From Acidimicrobiales bacterium (lineage in GTDB: Bacteria; Actinomycetota; Acidimicrobiia; Acidimicrobiales; MedAcidi-G1): a stretch of 56,899 bases of DNA. The stretch covers positions 1 through 56,899 of the forward strand of contig JAKURX010000002.1 in assembly GCA_022451505.1 (NCBI GenBank). Reading direction: 5' to 3'. The notes under the pieces are model-generated. The model was given only the letters and a program-made list of their open reading frames with translations. It did not search any database and was not told the DNA's origin. Below are positions 1 to 9,152 of the stretch, in pieces; within the stretch, counting starts at the first letter, position 1; every line of letters starts with the position of its first letter. Position numbers and translations under genes: made by a program.

Positions 1-538
1 GGGTGAGGGCGGCCCGGTCCCGGAGCATGACGTCGAAGTAGCCCTCGTCCACGCCCAGCCCAACGGCCAGAATCCGCAGTACCCGACGCTGCAGATCCAG
101 GATCGTGTGGTGGAACGCCATGAGGACCTCGGTGGTCCCGGGTAGGTCCTCGTCGGGCAGGGTCGGGTCGCCGTAACGGTGGGGGTAGCGCAAGCGCAGC
201 GGATGCCCAGCGGGTACCGGCAGGCTCCAGTTGAGCATCTCCTTGAAGTCCGGCACCTCAGATACGGCGGCCGTCTCCACCAGCAGGCCCGTGTAGCCGG
301 TCTGCCCGTTGGATCCCGGTACCGTGCACCGGTCCTTGCGGTCCTGGGGGAGCGAGAAGAAGGCAGCCAGGCGACCGTAGGCATCGTCCAGTAGGTCCTC
401 GGAGAGGTCGTGGCGGACGTACACGAACCCGGTGGCCAGGCTCCGCATGGTGCCGTCGACCACGGCCGCCCGGGTCGCCGCATCGCCTGACTCGAAGGCC
501 GGGAGGTCGACGTCGAGGATGGGAGACGGCTGGGCCAT
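1..538 (-). CDS. 2-oxoglutarate/Fe(II)-dependent oxygenase, isopenicillin-N-synthase-like family (N-terminal ~179 codons; C-terminus lies beyond the window edge)
   Basis: Absent from the ORF track because there is no stop in-window. Hand translation of the reverse strand from ATG (complement of 536-538) stays open to base 1: MAQPSPILDVDLPAFESGDAATRAAVVDGTMRSLATGFVYVRHDLSEDLLDDAYGRLAAFFSLPQDRKDRC...LRYPHRYGDPTLPDED... This matches the typical N-terminal region of non-haem 2OG oxygenases. The HxD...H triad would lie outside the window. Confidence 0.6.
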   Translation of the reverse strand, partial: MAQPSPILDVDLPAFESGDAATRAAVVDGTMRSLATGFVYVRHDLSEDLLDDAYGRLAAFFSLPQDRKDRCTVPGSNGQTGYTGLLVETAAVSEVPDFKEMLNWSLPVPAGHPLRLRYPHRYGDPTLPDEDLPGTTEVLMAFHHTILDLQRRVLRILAVGLGVDEGYFDVMLRDRAALT

Positions 539-699
539 GGCCGACACGTTAGGCCGACCAGCACCATGGGCGGCCGGGCCCAAGGTCCCGGCTATCTGAA
601 GACGGCCACGAGGCGCGCGATTCTGGGCGCCTCGGAGCCCGGTCCGACCACACCTCGCGCGACCGCCAGGAAAACCTGTCCGAGAGGGTGGGGATTCTC

Positions 700-729
700 T
701 TGACACGGTTGTAATTACATGCGTGCAAT
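700..729 (+). promoter_or_regulatory. Candidate sigma70-type promoter for nrdAB (TTGACA 700-705, N18, TGCAAT 724-729) with an embedded perfect 10-bp palindrome TGTAATTACA (710-719)
   Basis: This is the only AT-rich patch in the 335-nt gap between the divergent 2OG oxygenase and nrdA. It has a perfect -35 hexamer, a 4/6 -10 hexamer and a self-complementary 10-mer in the spacer. Motif reading only. Confidence 0.35.
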
Positions 730-872
730 TCATTTCCGGGTCGCGCTCGCGAACTCCCCGAACCACCGCCCGGTGGCCACTCGAGGGGACACGCGTCGCT
801 CCGGGAACGGACGAGGCGAACCGTGGCAGCGGGAACACCGGCGGGACGACCGGGGGAAAGAGGGACTGGGCG

Positions 873-3284
873 ATGACCATCACCGAGGATCGCATCGAGG
901 GACCGGGCACCGAGTCGACCGGCGCCACGGCCATGCGGGTGCGGAAACGCAACGGTGACCTGGAGCCGGTCGACGTCAACAAGATTGTGCGGGCCGTTGA
1001 ACGGTGCGCGGCCGGTCTCCCCGGCGTCGACCCGATGCGGGTGGCTACCCGGACCATCTCCGGCTTATGCGACGGCGCCACCACCGAGGAGCTCGACGAA
1101 CTGTCCATCCGGACCTCGGCTGCCTTCATTGTCGAGGAGCCCAACTACTCCCGCCTCGCCGCCCGCCTCTTGTCCACCGTGATCGACAAGGAGGTCCGAA
1201 ACCAGGACATCCACTCGTTCTCCCAGTCGGTAGCCGTGGGCGTCGACCAGGGCCTAATCGGTGCCGAGGTGGCCAGTTTCGTGGCCACCAACGCCCGGAA
1301 GCTCAACGACACTGTGGAGGGCGAGCGGGACCAACTGTTCGAGTTCTTCGGCCTGCGTACCGTTTACGACCGCTACCTCCTGCGGCACCCCGAGAACCGC
1401 ATGGTGGTGGAAACTCCCCAGTACTTCTTCCTCCGAGTGGCCTGCGGCCTCTCCACCTGCCCCGAGGAGGCCATCCGCTTCTACCGGCTCATCTCGTCGC
1501 TGCAGTACCTCCCGTCCAGCCCGACACTCTTCAACTCAGGCACCAGCCACCCCCAGATGTCGAGCTGCTACCTGCTGGACTCACCGGAGGACAGTCTCGA
1601 CGGCATCTACAAGCGGTACACCGACATTGCCAAGCTCTCGAAGTTCGCCGGCGGCATCGGCGTGGCCTGGCACCGGATCCGCTCCAAGGGCTCGCTCATC
1701 CGGGGCACCAACGGCCTGTCCAACGGCATCGTCCCGTGGCTGAAGACTCTGGACAGTTCGGTGGCCGCCGTGAACCAGGGCGGACGGCGGAAGGGGGCGG
1801 CCTGTGTCTACCTGGAGTCCTGGCACGCTGACATCGAGGACTTCCTGGACCTCCGGGAGAACACCGGCGACCCCACCCGCCGCACCCACAACCTGAACCT
1901 GGCCAACTGGATTCCCGATCTGTTCATGGAGCGGGTGGAAAAGGATTGGAAGTGGTCGCTGTTCGATCCACGAAAGGTCCCCCACCTCACCGACCTGTAC
2001 GGCGCCGAGTTCGAGGCTGCCTACCAGAAGGCCGAGGAGGAGGGCATCTACGAACGCCAGATCCCGGCCCGCGAGCTCTACAGCCGCATGATGCGCTCTC
2101 TGGCCCAGACCGGTAACGGCTGGATGACGTTTAAGGACGCCTCAAACACGAAGTGCAACCAGACGGGTACCGAAGGACGGGTGGTGCACCTGTCCAACCT
2201 GTGCACGGAGATCCTGGAGGTCACCGACCAGTCGGAGACCGCGGTGTGCAACCTCGGCTCGGTGAACCTCGGGGCCCTAGTGGCCGACGGGGTGTTCGAT
2301 TTCCAGCGCCTCGCTGAGGTAGTTCGCCTGGCTGTTCCGTTCCTGGACCGGGTGGTTGACATCAACTACTACCCCACTGAGGAAGCGTCGACCTCGAACA
2401 ACGCGTGGCGTCCGGTCGGCCTGGGTCTCATGGGCCTCCAGGACGTGTTCTTCAAGCTCGGCCTCCCCTTCGACGCCCCGGAGGCCCGTGACCTCTCGAA
2501 GCGGATCTCTGAGGAGATCTACTTCAACGCCCTCTGGGCTTCGACGGAATTGGCCGAGGCCTCTGGGCCCCACGACAACTTCGCTCTCACCCGGGCGGCC
2601 ACGGGCGACCTGCAGTTCGACCTATGGGGAGTGGAACCGACCGCCGCCGCCCGCTGGGAAACCCTGCGGGCCCGAGTGGCCGAGCATGGCCTCCGGAACT
2701 CGCTGCTCATCGCCATCGCCCCCACGGCGACTATCGCCTCGATCGCCGGATGCTGCGAGTGCATCGAACCCCAGGTCTCGAACCTCTTTAAGCGCGAGAC
2801 GCTGTCCGGCGAGTTCATGCAGATCAACCGGTACCTGGTGCGTGAACTCCAAGACCGGGGGCTGTGGAACGAAGCCATGGCCAACCGGGTCAAGATGGCC
2901 GAGGGATCCATCCAGAACGTGGAGGGCATCACGGACGACCTGAAGGACGTCTATCGCACGGCGTGGGAGATCCCGATGCGATCGCTGATCGACATGGCTG
3001 CCGAACGCGGCGCCTTCGTCGACCAGAGCCAGTCGCTGAACCTATTCATGGAGTCACCCACCATCGGCAAGCTCAGCTCCATGTACCTTCACGCCTGGAA
3101 GTCCGGCGTGAAGACCACCTACTACCTGCGCTCCCGTCCGGCAACCCGCATCAACAAGACAACGACCGGCGGCCCGGCTGGAGGCCCCGACGAGGGTGAA
3201 CCGGTGGAAAAGCCCACGTTCACGGACGCCGAGACCGTGGCCTGCTCATTGGAGAACCCCGAGTCCTGCGAAGCGTGCGACTGA
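873..3284 (+). CDS. nrdA: Ribonucleoside-diphosphate reductase class Ia, alpha subunit
   Basis: ORF 723..3284. ATP-cone-like N-terminus VRKRNGDLEPVDVNKIVRAVERCAAGL...PNYSRLAARL parallels E. coli NrdA. Catalytic-site motifs NLCTEI and CNLGS are present, with the C-terminal Cys pair ...ESCEAC. Start reset to ATG 873, preceded by GAAAGAGGG 8 nt upstream; ATG 933 (MRVRKRNG) is an alternative. R2 gene is adjacent. Confidence 0.93.
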   Translation: MTITEDRIEGPGTESTGATAMRVRKRNGDLEPVDVNKIVRAVERCAAGLPGVDPMRVATRTISGLCDGATTEELDELSIRTSAAFIVEEPNYSRLAARLLSTVIDKEVRNQDIHSFSQSVAVGVDQGLIGAEVASFVATNARKLNDTVEGERDQLFEFFGLRTVYDRYLLRHPENRMVVETPQYFFLRVACGLSTCPEEAIRFYRLISSLQYLPSSPTLFNSGTSHPQMSSCYLLDSPEDSLDGIYKRYTDIAKLSKFAGGIGVAWHRIRSKGSLIRGTNGLSNGIVPWLKTLDSSVAAVNQGGRRKGAACVYLESWHADIEDFLDLRENTGDPTRRTHNLNLANWIPDLFMERVEKDWKWSLFDPRKVPHLTDLYGAEFEAAYQKAEEEGIYERQIPARELYSRMMRSLAQTGNGWMTFKDASNTKCNQTGTEGRVVHLSNLCTEILEVTDQSETAVCNLGSVNLGALVADGVFDFQRLAEVVRLAVPFLDRVVDINYYPTEEASTSNNAWRPVGLGLMGLQDVFFKLGLPFDAPEARDLSKRISEEIYFNALWASTELAEASGPHDNFALTRAATGDLQFDLWGVEPTAAARWETLRARVAEHGLRNSLLIAIAPTATIASIAGCCECIEPQVSNLFKRETLSGEFMQINRYLVRELQDRGLWNEAMANRVKMAEGSIQNVEGITDDLKDVYRTAWEIPMRSLIDMAAERGAFVDQSQSLNLFMESPTIGKLSSMYLHAWKSGVKTTYYLRSRPATRINKTTTGGPAGGPDEGEPVEKPTFTDAETVACSLENPESCEACD

Positions 3285-4360
3285 TGGCCCTGGCAGAAGT
3301 CCCGTTCGAGGAACCGGCCGACGAGGCCGCCCCGCGCATTGACCCCGCGGCCCGCCGGATCAACATCTTGGACCCGGGATTTGACCTGACGCTCCGACCC
3401 ATGCGGTACCCGGAGTTCTACGAGATGTACCGGGACGCCATCAAGAACACCTGGACGGTCGACGAGATCGACTTCTCCGACGACCTGGTCGACCTAGACC
3501 GAAAGCTGGTCCCAGCCGAGAAGCACCTCATCAACCGGCTAGTCGCCTTCTTCGCCACCGGTGACTCGATCGTGGCCAACAACCTGGTGCTGAACCTCTA
3601 CCAGCACATCAACGCCCCCGAGGCCCGGATGTACCTGTCGCGCCAACTCTACGAGGAGGCGCTCCACGTCCAGTTCTACCTGACGCTGCTCGACAACTAC
3701 ATCCCGGACATGGCCGAGCGGGAGGACGCTTTCGCGGCCATCCACAGCATCCCCTCTATCGCCCAGAAGGGTGAATTCTGCTTCAAGTGGATGAACTCGG
3801 TGGAGCACCTCAACGAGCTGGACACCGACGAGAAGCGCAAGACCTTCCTGTTGAATCTCATCTGCTTTGCCACGTGCATCGAGGGCCTCTTCTTCTTCGC
3901 CGCTTTTGCCTACGTCTACTTCCTGCGCTCCAAGGGCCTCCTGAACGGGCTGGCCGCCGGCACCAACTGGGTGTTTCGCGACGAGAGTTGCCACATGAAC
4001 TTCGCTTTCGCAGTCATCGACACGGTGCGCCGCGAACAACCCGAGCTGTTCGACGAGGACCTGGGCAACCGGATCTACGAGATGATCGAGGAGGCCATCG
4101 ACTGCGAGTACCGGTTTGCCGAGGACCTCCTCGGCCAGGGGGTACCCGGTATGTCGACCGCCGACACCAAGCAGTACCTGCAGTTCGTGGCCGACCAGCG
4201 CCTGGCCCAGTTGGGCCTGAGCCGGCGGTACCACGTGAAGAACCCGTTCGGCTTCATGGAACTGCAGGACGTCCAGGAGTTGACCAACTTCTTCGAGCGC
4301 ACGGTCGTCGCCTACCAGGTAGGCGTCGAAGGCGACGTGGCGTTCGACGAGGACTTCTAG
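3284..4360 (+). CDS. nrdB: Ribonucleoside-diphosphate reductase class Ia, beta (R2) subunit
   Basis: ORF 3275..4360. ATG 3284 overlaps the nrdA stop by 1 nt (TGATG). Ferritin-like R2 motifs are FFATGDSIVANNL (Asp first metal ligand), EEALHVQFY (Tyr at the radical position, His+4), EGLFFF and FRDESCHMNF. Asp plus Tyr argues for a canonical Fe2-Tyr radical R2 rather than the Phe-containing class Ic type. Confidence 0.93.
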   Translation: MALAEVPFEEPADEAAPRIDPAARRINILDPGFDLTLRPMRYPEFYEMYRDAIKNTWTVDEIDFSDDLVDLDRKLVPAEKHLINRLVAFFATGDSIVANNLVLNLYQHINAPEARMYLSRQLYEEALHVQFYLTLLDNYIPDMAEREDAFAAIHSIPSIAQKGEFCFKWMNSVEHLNELDTDEKRKTFLLNLICFATCIEGLFFFAAFAYVYFLRSKGLLNGLAAGTNWVFRDESCHMNFAFAVIDTVRREQPELFDEDLGNRIYEMIEEAIDCEYRFAEDLLGQGVPGMSTADTKQYLQFVADQRLAQLGLSRRYHVKNPFGFMELQDVQELTNFFERTVVAYQVGVEGDVAFDEDF

Positions 4361-4394
4361 ACCCGAAGCCCCGGCCGTCGCCCAGAACAACCTT

Positions 4395-5996
4395 TCAGCG
4401 GTCGCTTCGTCGGCGCCGCAACACCAGGGCCGCTCCGCCAGCGATCAGCACCGCAGCGGCCCCTAGCCCAACCGCCGGCAGGCCCCCGCTCGGCTCCCGG
4501 CGAGGCCCACCGGCCTCCACCGGTCCCTCCGATACCGAGAGGTCCCCTGCCCTCTCCAGCGTCGTCGACGGGGACGGCGTCCCGGGTTCCACGGTGGCGA
4601 CGGTCGTCGTCCCGACGGCGTGGGAGGTCGTTGTAGCAATGGAGTGGGAGGTCGTTGTAGCAATGGAGTGGGAGGTCGTCGTGGCTGGTGAGGTCCGGAT
4701 CTCCGTCGTGGTACTCGGAACCTCCGGCCCTCCTTCCAATATCACACTGGGTTTGGCGCGGAACGGGCCGCTCACCTCCCAGGTCACGCCAACGTGACGG
4801 CCCTCGGCACCGGTCCCCCAGTCGATGGCCGGCACCATGTCCCGGACTAGCGCCTCGCCCCGCCCCCGGAGCGAGCTCACGTAGAACCGGGTCCCGGACG
4901 GATCGAAACACGGCCCGGTGGCCTGGGATAGGCGGTGGTCGGCACCGACCATGCGGCAAAACGGGGCCACCTCTCCCTCGGGGCTAACCACCGCCACCTC
5001 CATGTCACCCCGATCCTCGACCACGAAGAGGTCTCCCGACCTGGTGTGGACGGTCAGGTCACCGATGCCGACCAGCGGTTGGCGGTGGCCCGAACCGTCC
5101 CAGACCACCGAGTGGCGTTGCCCGGCTAGGTCCACGGCGTGGACCCGGTCGTCCAGCGCGGTGGTGAACAGGAGCACGCCGTCATGGACCCAGACTCCAC
5201 CCCCCACCGGGGTCACGAACCCGTCGGCGACCTGGACCCGGGTGGGGATCACGGTCGCCGACGGGTCGGGAACCGCCAACCACGACACGCCACCGTCCCG
5301 GTCGACGGCCATGGCCTCCAGGAGCCCGTCGGCCAACGCAGCATCCGAATCCGCCTCATCCAAGATGGTGAAGCGGTAAAGCCGGCCGTCGCGGTGGGCC
5401 TCGGTCAGGTAGCAGTGGCCTCCGGCCGGGTCGACGGCCACCGACCCGTGGGTGCGCACCCCCAGGGCATTACGGGCTACCGCCGGGTCATGCCCCATCG
5501 GATCGCACTCCCAGACGCGACCGTCCCCTCCGAAGGCCTCCTGGCAAGACAACCAGGTCCCCCACGGGGTGGTGGCGCCCCGACTGTTGGAATGACTGTC
5601 AGTGAGGATGGCCGAGGCTCCAGTGATCGATCCGTCGGCAGCGAACCGGACGGCCGACGCCCCACCCCACCGCTCGCCGGGGGTCTGGAAGTCGAATACT
5701 TCGTGGTTGCAGGCCAGGATCCAGCCCCCGTCGGCCACCGGAACCGTCCCCTTGCCATCGGGGAAGACGGGCCACCGGTAGTCCGTCCCGTTCACCGGGC
5801 TACCCCCCACGGCAACGATCCGCGAGGCAAACCCCTCGGGGAGCACCAGCCCGTTCCCGTCGGGCGACCGCCCGTCAAGCGACCCGTACGGACCGACGCC
5901 GGGTTGGGCAGCAGTAGCGCCCGCTGGGGTGGTGGCCAAGAGGACCGAGCCGGCGGTCGCTGCCAGGCCGTTCCGCAGGAAGACCCGCCGGTCCAC
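4395..5996 (-). CDS. Tat-exported PhoX/DUF839-family protein (putative phosphatase) with Thr-rich repeat linker and C-terminal hydrophobic anchor
   Basis: ORF 4395..6068. Twin-arginine signal DRRVFLRNGLAATAGSVLLATTPAGATAA. DUF839/PhoX-like core includes ...TPWGTWLSCQEAFGG.... C-terminus is TTTSHSIATTTSHSIATTTSHAVGTTTVATVEPGTPSPSTT...GGLPAVGLGAAAVLIAGGAALVLRRRRSDR. Start reset to GTG 5996 (VDRRVFL), 4 nt after the meaB stop. The track start 6068 would overlap meaB by 68 nt. Confidence 0.75.
   Translation of the reverse strand: MDRRVFLRNGLAATAGSVLLATTPAGATAAQPGVGPYGSLDGRSPDGNGLVLPEGFASRIVAVGGSPVNGTDYRWPVFPDGKGTVPVADGGWILACNHEVFDFQTPGERWGGASAVRFAADGSITGASAILTDSHSNSRGATTPWGTWLSCQEAFGGDGRVWECDPMGHDPAVARNALGVRTHGSVAVDPAGGHCYLTEAHRDGRLYRFTILDEADSDAALADGLLEAMAVDRDGGVSWLAVPDPSATVIPTRVQVADGFVTPVGGGVWVHDGVLLFTTALDDRVHAVDLAGQRHSVVWDGSGHRQPLVGIGDLTVHTRSGDLFVVEDRGDMEVAVVSPEGEVAPFCRMVGADHRLSQATGPCFDPSGTRFYVSSLRGRGEALVRDMVPAIDWGTGAEGRHVGVTWEVSGPFRAKPSVILEGGPEVPSTTTEIRTSPATTTSHSIATTTSHSIATTTSHAVGTTTVATVEPGTPSPSTTLERAGDLSVSEGPVEAGGPRREPSGGLPAVGLGAAAVLIAGGAALVLRRRRSDR
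4621..4692. repeat. 24-bp in-frame tandem repeat x3 (two identical copies plus one diverged) inside the PhoX-like gene
   Basis: tgggaggtcgttgtagcaatggag occurs at 4621-4644 and 4645-4668, followed by tgggaggtcgtcgtggctggtgag at 4669-4692. It encodes TTTSHSIA/TTTSHSIA/(P)ATTTSH units on the minus strand. Confidence 0.95.
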
Positions 5997-6000
5997 TGGG

Positions 6001-6972
6001 TCAGCCGCCGAAGGCGTCGAGCAACCGGTCAGCGGCGGCCGCCGGCGAGGTCCGCCCGTCGCGGACATCAGCCTCGACCGAACCTAGAAGGTCCAGCACT
6101 CCGGGGTCAGTCCGCAGGGCGGTCAGCAGCCGGTCCTCCACCATCGACCACATCCATGCCAGGCGCTGGGCCCGACGACGGTCCTCCCACTCGCCGGTGG
6201 CCATGAGGGTGGACCGGTGGGCCACCACCTGGTCCCAGAGCTCATCTAGACCGTCGCCCGTCAGGCCGGCGCAGGTCACCACGCTCGGCGTCCAGGTCGG
6301 GCTGGTCGCCTCGGTGAGGCGGAGGGCGGCCGAGTAGTCACGGGCCGCCGTCCGGGCCGCCGGCGCGTTGTCCCCATCCGCTTTGTTGATGGCGATCATG
6401 TCGGCCAACTCCAGGACACCCTTTTTGATGCCCTGAAGTTCGTCACCGGCGCCGGGCAGCATCAGCAACAGGAAGAAGTCGACCATGCCAGCCACCACGG
6501 TCTCCGACTGTCCCACTCCGACCGTCTCCACCAGCACCACGTCGTAGCCGGCGGCCTCCAGGACGACCATGGTCTCCCGGGTCGTTCGGCTCACCCCGCC
6601 CAGGGTCCCGGCGCTGGGCGACGGGCGCACGAAAGCCGCCGGATCGTTGGCCAGGCGGAGCATGCGGGTCTTGTCGCCCAGAATGCTGCCACCAGTCAGC
6701 TTGCTGGTCGGGTCCACGGCCAGCACGGCCACCCGGTGGCCAGCGCCGGTCAGCTTGGTACCCAGGGACTCGATGAACGTGCTCTTGCCCACACCGGGAA
6801 CGCCCGTGATGCCTACCCGGTGCGACTCCACGGCGTGGAGAAGCAGGACGTCCAGCAACTCACGGGCCTGTACCCGGTGGTCGGACCGAGTGGACTCGAC
6901 CAGGGTCAGGGCCCGGCCAACAGCGGCTCGATCAGCGGCCAGAACCCCCTCGACCAGTTCATGGACGGTCAC
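6001..6972 (-). CDS. meaB: Methylmalonyl-CoA mutase-associated G3E GTPase (MeaB/ArgK)
   Basis: C-terminal 324 codons of ORF 6001..7623. P-loop GVPGVGKST, then VLAVDPTS, LVETVGVGQSE and NKADGDN. Start reset to GTG 6972 (VTVHELVEG), 14 nt after the mutB stop. The 216-aa Arg/Gly-rich track extension overlaps mutB and is spurious. Confidence 0.9.
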   Translation of the reverse strand: MTVHELVEGVLAADRAAVGRALTLVESTRSDHRVQARELLDVLLLHAVESHRVGITGVPGVGKSTFIESLGTKLTGAGHRVAVLAVDPTSKLTGGSILGDKTRMLRLANDPAAFVRPSPSAGTLGGVSRTTRETMVVLEAAGYDVVLVETVGVGQSETVVAGMVDFFLLLMLPGAGDELQGIKKGVLELADMIAINKADGDNAPAARTAARDYSAALRLTEATSPTWTPSVVTCAGLTGDGLDELWDQVVAHRSTLMATGEWEDRRRAQRLAWMWSMVEDRLLTALRTDPGVLDLLGSVEADVRDGRTSPAAAADRLLDAFGG

Positions 6973-6986
6973 GGCCCTGGTCCCGG

Positions 6987-9152
6987 TCAGGCCAGCCAGT
7001 CGAGCAGGTCGACGGCCGCCTCGGTAACCACCGTCCCCGATGGGAACACGGCCGCTGCCCCGGCGGCCAGCAGGACGTCGTGGTCGGCTGGCGGGATGAC
7101 CCCACCGACCACGATGGCGATGTCGTCCCGGCCCAGGGCCACCAGCTCGGCCAGGAGTTCGGGCACCAGCGTCAGGTGGCCGGCGGCAAGTGAGCTCACG
7201 CCCACCACGTGCACGTCGTTCTCCACCGCCTGGAGGGCCACCTCGGCCGGGGTGGAGAACAGGGGTCCGATGTCGACGTCGAATCCCAGGTCGGCGAAGG
7301 CCGTAGCGATGACCTTCTGGCCCCGATCGTGGCCGTCCTGGCCGACCTTGGCCACCAGGATGCGGGGCCGCCGGCCATGGCTCGCTTCGAAGTCGACCAC
7401 CCGGCGGCGCGCCAATCCGACGGCTTCGCCGTCGCCGACCTCTCTGTTGAACACTCCGGAGATAGTGCGGACCTCCGCCACGTGACGCCCGTAGACCGTC
7501 TCCAGGGCGTCGCTGATCTCCCCGACCGTAGCCCTCGCCCGAGCCGCGTCGACGGCCAGAGCTAACAGGTTGGCCCGGACGTCGGCAGCACCCCGGGTCA
7601 GGGCGTCCAGTGCCGCGGAACAAGCTGCGGGATCACGCTCGGCGCGGAGCCGTTCCAGCTTGGCCACCTGGTCGGCCAGGACCCGGGCGTTGTCCACTCG
7701 ACGCACCTCGACCTCGTCGTGGCCCTCTGGTCGGTAGCAGTTCACCCCGATGACCGATTGACGTCCGGAGTCGATCCGGGCCTGGGTGCGAGCCGCCGCC
7801 TCCTCGATCCGCAACTTGGGGATGCCGGCCTCGATGGCCTGGGCCATCCCGCCGATCTCCTCCACCTCGACCAGGTGCTCCCGGACCCTGACCGCCAGGT
7901 CGTGGGTAAGCCGCTCCACGTGGTAACTGCCGGCCCACGGATCGGCCACCCGACACGTACCGCTCTCCTGCTGGAGGAACAGCTGGGTGTTCCGAGCGAT
8001 GCGGGCCGAAAAGTCGGTCGGAAGGGCCAACGCCTCGTCCAAGGCGTTGGTGTGCAGCGACTGGGTGTGGCCCTGGGTGGCCGCCATGGCCTCCACGCAG
8101 GTGCGGACCACGTTGTTGTAGACGTCCTGGGCGGTGAGGCTCCAGCCCGACGTCTGAGAATGGGTGCGCAACGACGACGACCGGGGGTCCCGCGGCTCGA
8201 ACTGCTTCATGAGGTCTGCCCACAGCAGCCGGGCAGCCCGCAGTTTGGCTACCTCCATAAAGAAGTCCATGCCGATAGCCCAGAAGAAACTAAGGCGCGG
8301 GGCGAAGGCGTCGACGTCCAGCCCTGCAGCCACACCGGCTCGCACGTACTCCACCCCGTCGGCCAACGTGTAGGCCAGTTCCAGGTCGGCCGTGGCCCCT
8401 GCCTCTTGCATGTGGTAGCCGGAGACGGAGATTGAGTTGAAACGCGGCATCTCGGCACTGGTGTAGGCGAAGATGTCCGAGATGATCCGCATGGACGGGG
8501 CAGGCGGGTAGATGTACGTGTTCCGGACCATGAACTCCTTGAGAATGTCGTTCTGGATGGTCCCCGACAGTTGCGACGGCGCAACCCCCTGCTCCTCGGC
8601 GGCCACGATGTAGAGGGCCAGGACGGGCAGCACGGCCCCGTTCATGGTCATGGAGACACTCATCCGGTCCAGCGGGATCCCCTCAAAGAGCGTGCGCATG
8701 TCGAGGATGGAGTCGATGGACACCCCTGCCATCCCGACGTCGCCGGCCACCCGCGGGTGGTCGCTGTCGTAGCCCCGGTGGGTGGCCAGGTCGAAGGCCA
8801 CGCTGAGGCCCCGCTGACCGGCGGCCAGGTTGCGCCGGTAGAAGGCATTGCTCTCCTCGGCCGTGGAGTACCCGGCGTACTGGCGGATGGTCCACGGCTG
8901 GCTGGCGTACATAGTTGGGTACGGCCCGCGGAGATACGGCGCGATCCCCGGCCATCCGTCAAGGGTGTCCAGGCCCGCCACGTCAGCCTCCGTGGACAGG
9001 GCAGGAACGTTGATCTGCTCGGGTGTCCGACGGACCAGGAGTTCGGGACCCCGCCCAGTCTCAGCCGCCACCCGGTCGGCCCAGGCGTCCAGGTCGTTCG
9101 GAGCTGGGCTGTCCCCCAGTTCCACAGTGCTGAAGTCGGGGATGGCGTTCAT
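6987..9152 (-). CDS. mutB: Methylmalonyl-CoA mutase large (catalytic, B12-binding) subunit
   Basis: ORF 6987..9167. Motifs are [47 protein letters not shown] and the C-terminal B12 domain ...[10 protein letters not shown].... ATG 9152 (MNAIPDF) overlaps the mutA stop (ATGA). Confidence 0.95.
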   Translation of the reverse strand: MNAIPDFSTVELGDSPAPNDLDAWADRVAAETGRGPELLVRRTPEQINVPALSTEADVAGLDTLDGWPGIAPYLRGPYPTMYASQPWTIRQYAGYSTAEESNAFYRRNLAAGQRGLSVAFDLATHRGYDSDHPRVAGDVGMAGVSIDSILDMRTLFEGIPLDRMSVSMTMNGAVLPVLALYIVAAEEQGVAPSQLSGTIQNDILKEFMVRNTYIYPPAPSMRIISDIFAYTSAEMPRFNSISVSGYHMQEAGATADLELAYTLADGVEYVRAGVAAGLDVDAFAPRLSFFWAIGMDFFMEVAKLRAARLLWADLMKQFEPRDPRSSSLRTHSQTSGWSLTAQDVYNNVVRTCVEAMAATQGHTQSLHTNALDEALALPTDFSARIARNTQLFLQQESGTCRVADPWAGSYHVERLTHDLAVRVREHLVEVEEIGGMAQAIEAGIPKLRIEEAAARTQARIDSGRQSVIGVNCYRPEGHDEVEVRRVDNARVLADQVAKLERLRAERDPAACSAALDALTRGAADVRANLLALAVDAARARATVGEISDALETVYGRHVAEVRTISGVFNREVGDGEAVGLARRRVVDFEASHGRRPRILVAKVGQDGHDRGQKVIATAFADLGFDVDIGPLFSTPAEVALQAVENDVHVVGVSSLAAGHLTLVPELLAELVALGRDDIAIVVGGVIPPADHDVLLAAGAAAVFPSGTVVTEAAVDLLDWLA

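Noticed and set aside
707-722. NrdR box at the nrdAB promoter.
   Set aside because: The palindrome TGTAATTACA is real, but the 16-mer GGTTGTAATTACATGC matches the NrdR consensus acaCwAtATaTwGtgt at only a few positions. The usual second box about 31 bp away is not seen.
540-872. Cobalamin riboswitch upstream of nrdAB. GCCAGGAAAACCTGTCC at 665-681 resembles the B12 box, and GGCCACTC at 774-781 resembles GCCACTG.
   Set aside because: The two fragments are in the wrong order and spacing. The B12-box-like element lies upstream of the best promoter candidate. The GGGAA / GGTGAAAATCC / CCCGC core is not recognisable. A covariance-model scan would be needed, so I am not calling it.
4395-4500. Canonical LPXTG sortase substrate call for the PhoX-like protein.
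   Set aside because: The pentapeptide is LPAVG, lacking the Thr scissile-site residue, and no sortase gene is in the window. I describe it only as sorting-signal-like or a C-terminal anchor.
6973-7623. The 216-aa N-terminal extension of the MeaB ORF (track start 7623). Similar over-extended starts occur in the track ORFs for the helicase (30236), MttB-like gene (47821), aminotransferase (36662), RDD protein (56069), nrdA (723) and others.
   Set aside because: The extensions overlap the preceding gene on the same or opposite strand and are low-complexity. Conserved N-termini with plausible starts and RBS, or with stop/start overlaps, occur downstream.
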